Below are positions 35,875-49,293 of a stretch of DNA of 64,000 nt, piece by piece; within the stretch, counting starts at the first letter, position 1; every line of letters starts with the position of its first letter. The position numbers and the translations under genes were made by a program. The stretch covers positions 1,240,001 to 1,304,000 of the forward strand of contig CM106586.1 of NCBI GenBank assembly GCA_048013815.1, given 5' to 3'. This stretch comes from Setoptus koraiensis (Eukaryota; Animalia; Arthropoda). Under the pieces are notes generated by a model, which searched no databases, was not told where the DNA came from, and saw only the letters and a list, made by a program, of their open reading frames with translations.

Positions 35875-36894
35875 ATGGGGCCCGACATGGAATCGTCATC
35901 GTCAAACACTAACACCATGCACCACAGCAATGGTTCAGCAGGCTTTGGCGATCATGACGATAACGCAAACAACAATACTAGCAGCAAACACAAATCTACA
36001 GAGGCCAGTGATGTAACAAAACTACGTCGCAACGTAGAACCCGAAAAAATTCACAAAGAGCTTGTTCAGCCTAAATTCTCTATGCCCGAATCGTTTCAGG
36101 AGAAACTAAACAGAAAGAACGATCAGATTGGTCAGTTGATGGCCGATTTAAACAGACTCGAGAACGATCTACGAACTCGAAAAGCTCAAATCAATCAATT
36201 GACAACTCAATTGTCTTCAACGACACAAGAGAGAGATGAATATAAAGCAGAAGCAGACAGTTTACAAGTGAAATTGAATGAAATAGAAAGAAATCTTAAC
36301 CAAAAGACTCTACTATTACAAGATGCAATCGATGATGCCATGAGCAAAGAGAACACAATACAACAAATGAAATCCAAATTGACCGCATTAGACGCTAAAA
36401 TGGCAGCCATGCAATCTAACGATGATATATTTATGGAAAAAGAGCGCATCATACGCGAGTTGACTCTTTTGACTAACCAGTTAAAGTGGCAATTACAAGA
36501 GAAAGATTCTCAATTAGAGCGTGAATTGAGACAGAATAGAGAGAGAAGCAACAATAATAATGTTGATAGTGGTCATCAGCAGTTTGGATCTCAATCGTCC
36601 CATTATTCATTGACGGTTGATCCTATGCTTGACAATCAGATTGGCAGCAAGTCTTCAAAATATAACAGTAGCAATAGTAGTCAAGATTTGTTAACGAATG
36701 TAACAAAACAATTCGAACGGTATATAGCAGATTGCAATATGGATAATATGACAAAATTAATGAAGCAATATAGGCGTACATTATCTGGTATCATATCGAA
36801 TCCGAGTTCATTATCATCACGCAAACTACTGAGGATCGGAATAGTGTTCTATTTACTCTTGATACATATCATCTTGATAATTTATATGTTTTAA
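35875..36894 (+). CDS. Tail-anchored coiled-coil protein, golgin-84/CASP-like (339 aa, intronless)
   Basis: Long heptad coiled coil and a C-terminal TM segment RIGIVFYLLLIHIILIIYMF with the Tyr...His pattern of golgin-84/CASP anchors. The exact orthologue is uncertain. Confidence 0.65.
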   Translation: MGPDMESSSSNTNTMHHSNGSAGFGDHDDNANNNTSSKHKSTEASDVTKLRRNVEPEKIHKELVQPKFSMPESFQEKLNRKNDQIGQLMADLNRLENDLRTRKAQINQLTTQLSSTTQERDEYKAEADSLQVKLNEIERNLNQKTLLLQDAIDDAMSKENTIQQMKSKLTALDAKMAAMQSNDDIFMEKERIIRELTLLTNQLKWQLQEKDSQLERELRQNRERSNNNNVDSGHQQFGSQSSHYSLTVDPMLDNQIGSKSSKYNSSNSSQDLLTNVTKQFERYIADCNMDNMTKLMKQYRRTLSGIISNPSSLSSRKLLRIGIVFYLLLIHIILIIYMF

Positions 36895-38658
36895 CCAAGT
36901 GAATATAATAAGGGTAACAGCAACGATTATCAGTTATCAATAGTTGTCTCATGTGTGTTTATACCGTTTGTGTGTAAGCCACAACTACGAAAAAAGAGAT
37001 CAGGTTTACTTATGCATTTGAGTGTGATCGCAAATAAATTTATATATTTATTTATATAATAGGATATTATTTTTGTTCGTTTATGATTAGTATATCAACA
37101 ACAACAACAACAATAAATTGAAAATGAGAAATTCATGCTGCCATTCATGTTGCTGGCTTGCTGACTTGTCCGAGTGATTTAATAGTATCCATTTGGAGCC
37201 GCTCAACGGGTGGCTTCTTTCGCTTCGCGTATTGGTGATAATCGGTCAAAGCATCATCGAATAATATATTGATGGCACAATATATTCATTTGCAACGTAT
37301 ACATATAATGTAGTCTACATAGACTAAATGAGCACAGTGGATAGAGCGAGAATACAGTTATGTTTCAATCAACTTTAATGTGCTCGTCATGAAATAGCCA
37401 TATAAACTACAATGATCAATTGGTTTCGTGACGCGCCCACTAAATTTTCTAGAAGAGTTCTTCAGTTTACAGTATGTTTGTGTTCGATTCTCGACTATTT
37501 CGCAGCTACTTACATGGTGCGTTTTGACAGTATACATGATGATCAATTCGACTGATCAATTTTGCTATGATCAAGACTGACCGATTGAGTTGTCAGACTC
37601 ACTAGCAGCAAGCAAACGGGAACATTACATCCACGAGCCGGGTTGCTATTACCTGCTACATTGTGGGTAGTGTGCTGAAACAGTGGCACAAATGCGATGA
37701 TGGTCACCGAATTACAATTTTAATCAGAATTTCAGGATTCGGATGCAGAGCAATATGATCGTTTCGAACGAGCGACTAGCCGGTTATTATCAAATGTAGC
37801 GACTATCTAGTGGCGTTTGATACACAAGTAAGTAATAGTTTTGGTTGGTTGTGGTGAGTGGAAGCCGTTATTAGCCACTGGCCACTGGCCACTGGCCACT
37901 AGGCAACCGAAAATCAGCAACCGGCAGCCAGGTATGAGTACAACAAACAGCGACAACAAGTAGAGCATCTGAATTGTATGTTTGCGAGAGAGCGGGAGTG
38001 CACTCATTAGAGGTTAATTTATGGTTTGTGTATCTATTGCGGACAGCACGAGCCATAGAAGGAGATTAGTGTTAAATGAGACAAATTGTGTGCGCCAATT
38101 TTATAGATATCATTCCGTTTCAAATAATATCATATCTATTCGGTACATGGTGATTGTAACGGCAGCGCTGGTGCTGCCACAATAAACAATTAGTCACTCC
38201 TTCCTTGGTAGGCTCACCACTTGTTGTTGTTGTTGGTGCTGTTGTTGTTGTCGACAGGAGCAGCGCCAGTGAGGACAGGTAACAACGCGCGTTGTTGCAC
38301 CGGCAACAACAAAGATTGATGCGATTTTGATGATGATGCTGCCGCTGCCGATTTGTGGCGTTTACGAGAGCGCTGTTGTGTTGTTCGCTTTTGAGAAAAG
38401 TGAACAATAATATATAATGACTGCAGATAATATCCATTCCATGCCATGCTCAGATAATCCCGATATCCCAATGGCATTAGCGAGCGGCAACAAAGTGAGT
38501 GACCGTTAAATAGTGACCGAGAGAAAGAGAGGCCAACAAAAGAGTTCATTGATATTTATACTTCTTTGGCTATCAATTGCAATAGTCGGCTGCCCATTTA
38601 CAATGCTCGTATGCTCTAAGGTCATCACGACGATCGCCAGCGCACAAAATGACGACGC

Positions 38659-38711
<53 letters not shown>

Positions 38712-38724
38712 GCTGTTGTTGTTG
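38659..38724. repeat. (TGT)n trinucleotide microsatellite
   Basis: Near-perfect tgt run. It is the source of the spurious poly-Cys/poly-Leu ORFs in the track. Confidence 0.9.
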
Positions 38725-41574
38725 TCATCATCCATCATTTGGTGTAGCCACCATTTTTTGGTTTGCCACCACTGCTACCTCTCGCTAAAAGCAACTCACC
38801 TGAGTTGCTTGTGCGTCGGATCAATACTAATGTTGCCGATAAATGTTGGTTGTAAGTGCGCGCCCAATGCCAGTTCTCAAGAGCCAACAAATTAGAGGAA
38901 TGAGCTGATGGAAATGGTTGCTTAATTGCAACACCGACAACAATGATAACGTTCGTCTGCAAGCTACAAACCTTTCAACAGCTATGCCAAAATAATGATT
39001 TATTATCTTATTCAACAACGACAATTAGTGCACACTTTCTATACAATCACCAGATACAAACAAATTGTATAGAAAGTGTTTGAGTGTCTCGTCACTTTGC
39101 TAGTCACTCACTGCCGGCAACAGTACGTGTGTAACAACTGTCGTCATTTTCAATTGCCGACATTTTATTGAATTTTATTAAATTTTATTTCATTTTATTT
39201 TATCCACTCGACTTTACTCATTTTATCCACTGCTAGCACTGCACAACAGTGGCTCGTCGGCTCAATTGGGCGCCCACGGCTCACCTACGACTAATCCTAT
39301 CTGTCTCGCTTTGTTGTGTTGATGCCGCTCTCTCTGTTAGAGGCTCATCAGTGACCAACTGGACTGATGGGCAACTTGCGAGCATGCAATTTGCCGGTGA
39401 ACACGAAGCATTCGAGCGAACGCAGGCAAAAACTTGTGATTGTTGTATAATTAAAATCTAATTTAAACCGGTGGCTCACAACGATATTCCGTCTGAGTTG
39501 GTAGCGGAGTGTGGCCACCGACAATCCATAATCACGACTGCATCACAAAGTGGCTAGACAAGGACAGTCATGATGATACCTATATACTGAGTGTGTACAA
39601 TTAAGCGCAAGTTACGCTAGTTATAGGTCAACATTTGGTTGGCGACGACAAGCATGAAAGTTACATTAGTTATGACATAGCGAGTGCACGCTGTTGATTG
39701 GAGTGGTCAGTTGGAGCGCGTTGGCGTTGTTGTGAGTGTGTCAGGCTGAACTGGGACGTTGATGACCACTAATGATGATTATCATTCATCGTTGCTTGAC
39801 CATCATCATTTTCACGACTACAATAGTTGCAATGATACAGTTATAACACCCAACTAGTTGTGCGCCGTGACCGGAACAGGCCACTTCTTTCCAATTGAGA
39901 ACTGTTGCTCGTTGTGTCGCTCTTTGTCTTCATCAACTGCACTCCACTAACTGACCACTGTGCCGCACCAAACCGGGGCCACCTATAAAAGCTCCAGAAA
40001 ACACTACCGGTCAGCATGACTACCGGGCAATTTGAGCATGCCCGACAGCGCACACATGCACTGTCTATCATACATTTGATCTGATATATATAAATATATC
40101 AGATCAGGTATATATCTGGTGGCGTCGCAAGGCACTCACTGTAATATCAAATGTACGCAGAGTTCATTGGTCAGCTATCAGCAATCAACAAACGGATAGT
40201 GGCAGCAGTTATCAGCTATCGGTTATCAGCGAATGTGTGTTGACAACCAGTTGATTGATTGAGTCGCTATTGTTTTAGCGGGCGCTCATGTTTCACTCTT
40301 GTCAATTTCTTGCTTGTGGATTGAGTTTCGTTTCTCAGTTGTGGGCATATCGTTGTGAATCTCGCATGAGTGAGACTTCAATTGTCGATACGCGAATATC
40401 CTCTGAGAATCCTTTGCAACTAGATGCTCGCTCGCACAACACAATCAAAGCGATAATTTGAGAAAGAAGATCAAATAACGCCAGTAATTTATGCACAACA
40501 AAATAGATAATGAATGCAGATTAAACTCGCTCTCTCTCTCTCTCCAAACACGATTGTTGTCGCTCGCTCTATGGCCTCAACTCTCCTCGGCTCCCTTTCG
40601 GCTCTAGCGGAGCATAAAATGAACTAGTTGATACAATTGTAATCAAGTTGTTTCTGTTGATTACCGTTGCGATGAGATATAGATTAGAAGTGGCGCTCGT
40701 AGTCTGCTACCGACGTCCACATCCCTTCCCAATAAACTGTTGCTTTTATACCTTTTATGCCTCGCATGGCCTGGATCGATGATAATGTTGTCGCTTTATT
40801 GCCGTTTTATTCTCTCTTGCTCTCTTTGTGCTGCTCTCCGTCTTGTCCGTTGTTCAGTGTCCATGTTTGTTCGCTGTTCGAGTGCCTCACTGTTTGGTGT
40901 TGGGTGATTCACTTTCGATCGGGCGGCAGCTTCGAAACAGCCTGACAAAAGAATCAGATTAAATTGAAAAGGAAAAGGCGCGTGTCAGTGTCGCCCAAAC
41001 CAACGCTGACCGGTAGTAATCATTCGCTGTGTGTGCGCCATTAATCGATTTCAGCAAGCATAAAACTAGAGATATAAGACTACCGAAAACCATCAAACCA
41101 TTTTATCTGTGATGACAATCTCATTTACATACGGCCACTGGCGCACAGTAATTAATTAAATATTCATTGTTTCGGACAGCGCCAACAATGAGCGCGCCTC
41201 AAGCCAATCTATATTGTTGCAGTTTGCAGTTGCGACAACAACTCTTGTAAAAAACTCTCGCTAAACAATCTCGCATCTCATTCTATCTAACGGCCAATCT
41301 CTGCCACCAACTCTTGCCTTTCTTTGCGCCGCTGCTCGCCCTCACAACTGTCAGCTCTAATATGTGAGCTGATGGCCAGTATGAGAGACACTGTCGCGGC
41401 TACAATAATCAATTAGCGACACTAGCGCAGATCGAAAGTCGCCATCTACCTGTCGCATCGAATTGAAATTAAAGATAAAATGAGCGAAAAAGTAAATTAT
41501 AGAAATCAAAGTGAGAGACGCTCGCTTAAAACGATCAGATAGAAAAATGCTAATCTATTTATTACTATTGTCAG

Positions 41575-42321
41575 TTAATTATGCCAGCGCAGGGGATGCG
41601 AATATTTGGCGCAAATATGATGCGAATCTAAAAGTACATAGTTGGCTGGTGCGGGCTTGAATTGCGTTGTAAATGGACCAAATGTTGCGTAATGCTGTGG
41701 CGTGGGCGGTGTGGGTGGCGTGGAGGGCGCGAATGTGTCCATTGTGAATGTTGTAAATTGTTGTTGTGTCGTTGTCGGCATTGGTATAAATTGTTGTGCT
41801 GTCATGGGTGTTATTGGTGTAGGTGGCGCAGTTGGGGTATACGATGCCGCTGACGATGACGACGACATGTCCAATGTGTCCAATGTGTGCGACACTGTCG
41901 TTGATGTCGGTGTCGGTGTCACTGTTAGTGTCGGTGTTTGTGTCGGTGTGTGCGTCGGTGTTTGTGTTGGCGTTGTCGTCGGTGTTGTTGTTGTTGTCGT
42001 TGTTGTTTTTGTTGTTGTTGTACAGTCTTCGTTTAGTATAATAGTCAAATGTCTTATGTAATCGTGTGCCTGACACAAAATGTCCCATTTGGACATTCTT
42101 TTAACGTCCTCTTGATCGCCCAAACGCGTTCGCAAATCCTCGAACGCCTTGTTCAACAGGTGCATTCGTTTTCGTTCTCTCGCGTTGGCCGCTAAGCGTT
42201 TTCTTTTCGATGGAGGCAGAGTGCTGTTGTTTGTAGACTTGTGTTTGTTGCTGCTGGTTATTTTTGTCTCTGACAGTGACATTGTGGAACAATCGTCGTC
42301 AATCGATGATGTCGTCGACAT
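41575..42321 (-). CDS. Atonal-family proneural bHLH transcription factor (248 aa, intronless)
   Basis: KRKRLAANARERKRMHLLNKAFEDLR...KRMSKWDILCQAHDYIRHL carries the ato/amos/cato basic region, followed by a Thr/Pro-rich tail. It is embedded in long noncoding DNA as expected for a developmental regulator. Confidence 0.88.
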   Translation of the reverse strand: MSTTSSIDDDCSTMSLSETKITSSNKHKSTNNSTLPPSKRKRLAANARERKRMHLLNKAFEDLRTRLGDQEDVKRMSKWDILCQAHDYIRHLTIILNEDCTTTTKTTTTTTTTPTTTPTQTPTHTPTQTPTLTVTPTPTSTTVSHTLDTLDMSSSSSAASYTPTAPPTPITPMTAQQFIPMPTTTQQQFTTFTMDTFAPSTPPTPPTPQHYATFGPFTTQFKPAPANYVLLDSHHICAKYSHPLRWHN

Positions 42322-45300
42322 ATTTGTTTATTTGCTGTTTATCCACTCGTTGCCAGTTTTGCTAACCAAACTTGAAAACTTTACTTTTGATTTTGCTTTT
42401 GATTTTGCTGTCGCTGGTGCTTCTGTTGTCCGGCTGTAATCGACTGATGCGAGACGCGAATTCGAGTTGCCACAACAACAAACTGACCGCTCCGCTTCGA
42501 ATTGGCCTATCGAACGTTCTTTCGACCAGCTCACTTTTTTCAGGTGCGCATGCGCCGATTTACCTATCCAAACGCACACACTCTCGTCGTACCTGTTACT
42601 GGCGCTGCTGTTGTTGTTGTTGTTGTTGCTGTTGATGTTGTTGATGCTGTTGATGTTGTTGATGCTGTTGTTGCTGTTGTTAATGCTGCTGTTGTTGCTG
42701 TTGTCGTGATAGGCTCACAGCGACTTTTTGGGCGAATGTGTCGCTGGACGAAAGAAGCGAGCTCCTGTTCGCTGGCGTGCTCGTCGTTGGCACACTGTCC
42801 ACCAATCTAAATTCATTGCAAACAAGCTCAACTAGCCACAAGTTTCACCGTTCGCTTTTTCTCAATTTACAATATGAATCGTTCACATTTGAGCAATATT
42901 TTGGCGAGATGGCACACAACGCAAGCGCCCTTTTCGAGCCGTTGTTTTCACACCTGTTTGTGGGCCGAAACTGCATGAACGAACGGCCACCGAAATAATT
43001 GCCTTTCGACACACCGCTAACATTATAGGCTCACAGAAACAGAAGCCAGTTGATTTCAACTTGAGAGATTCACTGTCAACTCGACGGGCTTGTGCTGGGC
43101 GTCGGAGAAGAGGGCACGCGACTGTCATTAGTTGATGCTGACGACAAGCTGCTACCTCGACACTCGCCAAATGACATGCAATTCCAATTGTGCCCCCGAT
43201 CGCGTGGCTGCAATCCGAGAGACAAAAAGAAACGCAAGCTACATTGGGTGAGATGAGCTGGAGAAGGCGCCCACTCGTTGCGTTCTTTTCGCTCTGTGTG
43301 TGTGTGTGTCAGTCGAGGGCGGCTTTCAATTGGAGAGAAAGCGAAATATTTGCGAGTAAATGCGATGCCGACAAGCAACAACAACAACAACAACAACAGC
43401 ATGCCATACACGTGATTACGTGTCAGGTGACACTTAGGTGTCAAATAACCGTTACAATGGCGCAATAGCCACTGTTGAGAGTGAGAGGGCAGCGCACAAT
43501 TGTTGCCGATCTAATTAGATAATCGCACGCCGAGAAACAATGAGAATGATGGATTAGTTAATGGCTCTCGTTGATTGGGCATGACATACACGCAACACAC
43601 CATGTTAGCTGTGGGCATATGTTATGGATAAATGATGGGTTGCACGTTGTTGCAAGTTGCAATTATATTACATCTATTACCTAACACAGTGACTCGATGT
43701 CTGTTGCGCAGTCGATTGTTGGTCAGTATAAACAGAGCGACACACACAACACAACATCAAAACAGACAACGCACAACGGTCACCAGTTACATCACTGACA
43801 CTGACAGTTAGCGGCATTTGTTTGTAAAGCAACAGTTTTATCGGCAACTGGCAACTGCTGTGACTGGCATCTTTTTGGTTGAAATGAGCGCGTTAACAGT
43901 GTCAGTGGCGGCCGTTGTTACACAAGCGGCCACTTAATTAAGATTGATGGCACGTGATTACACATGATAATTATGTGACAACAGTTATAGCTCGCTCGTG
44001 GCCAGCTTATAACTGTTTAGAACTTGTAAATTATAAGTGTTGCAATGAGAGATGAGCCTATGGAAATGGCAACACTCGACATTGACAACAAAGAGCTCGA
44101 GTGTGTTGAACAGGTGGCACGAGTGCGGCACGAGCGAGGCGATTGGCAAATTGGCGCGCACTTGAGCGTCGCCACACTGGCCATCGCTAGATTGGGCATC
44201 GTCAGAAATTCATTGGCTCGAGTGGGCACAGATATTGGATCCACTGACCACTTGACAGTATTAATTGTAGTGTCCAGTGGATGGCAGAGATGAGTTCATT
44301 AGTTGCGCTAATTAGCAGAGTGTGGCCACGGCCAGTGTGACTGACACTGGCATAAATATAGCAATATTTATATTTATATTTTGTGTGCCCAATCGGCGAT
44401 CATCGGCGATCATTAACTGGCACAATGATAATACAATTGGCACAATTATAAATGTGAGCAGACTGTTATTAACTGATTGTGAGCAGATTGTTGTGGCCGC
44501 GACTTTGTGTTGATCGCGAACAAGTCGATCACACACGGCAAATTGAAGCGACCGGATCCTCTGCAAACAATGCGCGCACGAAAGATACAAAACAGCAACA
44601 AGTGATCGCTGTTGTTGGCTTGTGATGAGGGCCAATTGTAATTGCAGAGCCAATTGTGGTTGCACACAGCTAATTGTAAATGGCCATTGTTTGCTGTAAG
44701 TGGCCAAACGCAAACAAACAAGCGGCCAGTGTTTGTTTACTGTGCAGCTAATAATAATTGTTTTGTGATTAGTTGTCAGTTATTAGTGCACATTAGTGTG
44801 CACACAATACACTCAACACGCGCCACGCGCCACGTGATATATGTCGGCCAGATCGTGCGCGCGTCACGCGTTTCTTGTGCCTACCACGAGACCTGTCCGT
44901 CAATTTGCGATTGTGGCTGGCATCGCAAATTGACGGTTCTATGATATTTATTATTTGTTTGTTTATATCGCTCATGCCCATACCGGCTACAGACTATTGC
45001 TGTTGTTGTTGTTGTTGTCGCAAGCACGTTGTGCCGTCCACGAGCCATGGGTGCCCTAACGAGGCCAATCGTGACTGCTGGCACAATGGGCAAATTCAGG
45101 CGAGCTGCTGTTGCTGTTGTTGCGTCGTCGACAGTGCCTCACAAACAATGCACTTCACTGAATAAGGCGACCAACGGTAGCCGGCGATGATACTCATACA
45201 GACGTGGCCAGCATAAATCACGTTATAGACGTTGTAGCTGCCACTGATTTATTGCAACAGGCCACTGAGCTGATGCAAAAATGTTGAACACATTCAAGAG

Positions 45301-48300
45301 TCCATTGCGCGGCACTGTTGACCGTGCACAGGTAAGTTGGCTCACATTACTCACTCACATATTGTCCGTGGTGGCGCTTCTTGCAGTGTGCGTCTACCTG
45401 TTGGCTTGTCTTCATGCTTGAAATGATTCCAGAAGCCAACAACTGAATGGATCTCGAACGGCATCGTTGCCGTGTCTGCCCCATCTGATGGCCAGCAAAT
45501 CTCTGTACATGCACAGTATATCCGCACTATATCCGCGCTATATCCTCAGTATATGTGCAGGCTGCAGCAGATGCAGCCTAGGCAGCATGTTGTATTTTGG
45601 CAGTAGTGGAGTGCGCGTGGAACTTGCACCGAACAGCGTGATTGCGCAAAAAGGCGAATGGTCGCCACTCGCGAATAATCATCGAGCATCAGCTACCAGA
45701 AACTGCTCAGGTGTGACCGTTATTTATGTATATCATGCTATCTGCCTATCGCTGCCTACAGGCGAGTGCATGCTCAGTAGATAGAGATTGCACAGTATTA
45801 TACTGACGCGTTGTGTAATATTATCTAATTAAAGACACATCAAGTGTGTATAATAATAAGTGTGTAATGTCAATTATGCCAGATCTTGCATAATTATGTC
45901 ACTGGGCAGCGTTTATGGTCTGCACTCGGCCGCTCTGTTTGCGCGCTGCAAGTGCCATAAAACTGCAGCTACAACTGTCAGTTAATCTGTTGGCTATCGG
46001 CGTCGTTCAACAGGTAGGCTCACAGTATGCCTGCCATTGTCAGTGTTTTGTTGGGCCAAAATAACACTGCCAGCCGGCAACACGTTAGCTGGCAACAAGC
46101 AACCGATATGAAAAAAAAAGCATCGAAATCGGGAACGTGATGCAAACGTTGCGACAACAACAGCCAGTTGTTTGCATTTCGGCCAGAAGCGGGGCAACAA
46201 GAAGAAATTATCGCGCGTCATTGTTGCGCAATTGGCTGGCATTAACTGAGAGTCGCTCACAAGTTTCACCTATGACTTGTGAGACAGACCCTTGAGTTTC
46301 GAAACTTTTAAATGTTTTCTATCGATAATACTCGTGTCAGTGCTACTGTTGCGCTGAACGCGACTGGCAACACTGGCAGTGATGGCACCAGGTAAATAGC
46401 TAAATTGGACACCCCAATGCCTAAGGCCAGTGAACGTGGTCAGTTTGTCGGCTTCTGTTTGTTGGGCGCACAAAGGTTGCGAATAATCGACGAGAAATCG
46501 CTAACTAACGCATTGCCCAACACTTAAATCTGTTCGTCTGTCAAACAATTAGATTACACCCATCGACTCAATCAATCATCGTTTTTTTAAAGGTTACATC
46601 ATCTCGTCGTTTGCATTATCATTTGCACAATCATTACGTTAGGTTACATCATTATTACACAACACTGTCTATCAACTATAGAGCACAACAACAACAACAA
46701 CAGTGAGAGAGCGCGATTGTGTGTGATATCACAATTCATTTTGCCATTTGCATCGATTGCGCACACTATGATGGATTGCTAATGCAACAATATAAAATAT
46801 CCATTGTTGCATAATGGTGTTGTTAGGTCTAGCTTGCGTTGCTTGCAATGGTGACTCACTATTAGAGAGTGTGTCGACAGTAAATATTGTGCTCGATGTG
46901 AGTATCTCGCATTCTTTTTGCAATGATACAATCAATGGCTCGCTCCACTCAAATCCAGCCTGTCTGTGCGAGCTTGTTAGTGGATGTCGAGATTTCGCCC
47001 ATTTTAATCATTTTTCTCATTTTGCCAACGAGTGCCGGCAAACGAGCGAAATAAGGAACGAACGTCGAGAAATCAAAGGTGCTATCACAACGATTGTTGG
47101 AATTGTTTGATTGTAGCAGTCGTTGCGAGCAGCCATTCAAAGAAAGTAGCTGAAGTGCGCCAAAAGAATCAATTCGATTGCTATCCGATTGCTATGACTT
47201 GTACGCAGCTCATAATGTGTCTAATGATGCAATTCAATGAGATTAACATTGCGAGTTTGGTTTGAGTTTAATATGGTCGCGAGTAACAATTGTTTCGCAT
47301 GAGTAAGCGACTAGAGCGCGGTAATTACTTGCAGTGTCTATCAACTTGATGGTATCAAGTGGCCAGTGGCATCGTTATTGGCATTGTTGTCCAATAGTGT
47401 TCGCGTGCTACTATCGCTACTATCCGACTGTTTATATACGGATGTAACCGTAACTAATCATTGCATCCGAGCCGACGACTTGATTCGATTTGGTCTAATT
47501 TGATTTGAGAATGATCTCTGATTTGCGGCACACACACACACACTCAATGTCACATCATGTAACGCGTTGTTGTTTGCTCGCAAATGACCAAGTCGCTGGT
47601 CAGTGGCCATTGTCTGTGTGTGTGTGTGTCGGCGATTGACAGCGACGTCAAAAAGAAGCGCCGACTTCTCTGAGACACAAATGACACTTTTGATTTTGAT
47701 CGCTCACGTGAGCACTGTCGTTGTTGTTGTTTGTGCCATTCGCAAGGTACCATCGAGAAATTATTGTGGCAGCCAGCAAATAACTGTCAGACGATGATAT
47801 TGGTCTGGTTGTTGTTTGGGGGCATGAATGCGGTCGGAGCCACACACACACACACACATACACACGGCCATCGATGCGCTTCGAAAGTTCATAATTACTA
47901 AAAGTGTCGCCACCTAGACACACCAGTGGGCACATTCGATCGGATGGCCACACAACCGTTGAACGACAACAATGAACAACAACCAACAACGACGACGACG
48001 ACAACAACGACAGCCAACAGCAACAATGACCGGCCTACAACGACCACACAAATCAATTGAGCCAATGGGGCCACACACAAACACTGTTACAAGTTGTGCA
48101 GTTGGTGGGTCGTGCAAAAATAAAAACACAGCTCACCTGGGCAGCGTCAATCAAATAAACACTGGCAGCACATTGGGCAATTGGGCACGCACTTACATTG
48201 TAATTAGTGGCACGTACACTGACAGTTAATTATAATTTGTCAATGTTTACGACACACGTTCGTCAAAAGTGACAATTGAGCGAGTTAAAAACATTGCTCA

Positions 48301-49213
48301 CATTTGATTGCTACCGCGACATTGCTCACTGTGCCCTTGTGATACCGTTATACTGGTCACAAATACTAGCCACTGGCTCATGCAATGCAGTGCTAGTGAG
48401 CAGTTGTGAGCCGACAAATCAACAATTTGTTGCCACGTACAATCTGTGCCTGCTACTTGTACGCGGCAACAAACTGTCCAGTGGTCAGTACTAATTAGAA
48501 TATTATTGCTTGCATTATTAGAACATGTGCCGTTGAACACAAACAACAGTCACGCTCGGATTGGTGCCCCTTGTGCGTACGTGCTGTTTGCTTGCCGATG
48601 GCCAGTGTTTGGCCTCACGGTGACAAGCGTCGATTGGCGAGCTTGTTTGGGCAGCTCGTAGCTTGAGGTGGTTCAATTATGAGCGGCCAACGCGTGTATT
48701 GGCCCATGCATAATTGAAGAGACAAAAATTGATTATTTGTGCCATGGAGCGTGTGAATTGTGGCCATCGTTACACATTTACATGTATTACGTACATGCCT
48801 ACATTATCCTATATGCACACACAATGATCACGAATCGACTACTTCCGATTGTGATGCTAGCGAGCGCCCTCTTGCGTGCAGGTATATTGAGAGTGATGGA
48901 GACTAGATTAGAAATGGTTTTAATCGCGACAATTGATACAATTGTATTACTGGCAGTGGCGGCAGTTCATTCATAACACGCTCAGGTCGTGTTGTGAGTC
49001 TCGTTATGTTGGGTCTCGTTAGGTGCGCTGCGTCGAAGAAAAAATAAAGTTCTCACGATGCCCGAACCGTTTGATCGAATCACAGCACAACGGCAACAAC
49101 AGCACCAACAACAACAACAGCAACAGCAACAGCAGCAACAAATATAGATAAGGTTCCTGTTGTCGTGTGTTGGTTGTGCGGATATTTCCACTGGGCTCCG
49201 TTGTGTTCATTTG

Positions 49214-49293
49214 CAGTTGTGCTCGTATGCAATTGTGCTCGTATGCAGTTGCGTTCGTATGGTGTTGTGTTTGTATACAGTTGTGTTTGTACA
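49214..49293. repeat. Minisatellite, 5 x 16 bp (consensus CAGTTGTGYTYGTATG)
   Basis: Units cagttgtgctcgtatg / caattgtgctcgtatg / cagttgcgttcgtatg / gtgttgtgtttgtata / cagttgtgtttgtaca. Confidence 0.8.

Noticed and set aside
41579-42810. Overlapping poly-Val/Leu/Asn/Cys ORFs on both strands
   Set aside because: Alternative-frame and antisense products of the repetitive atonal-like CDS and its 5' flank.
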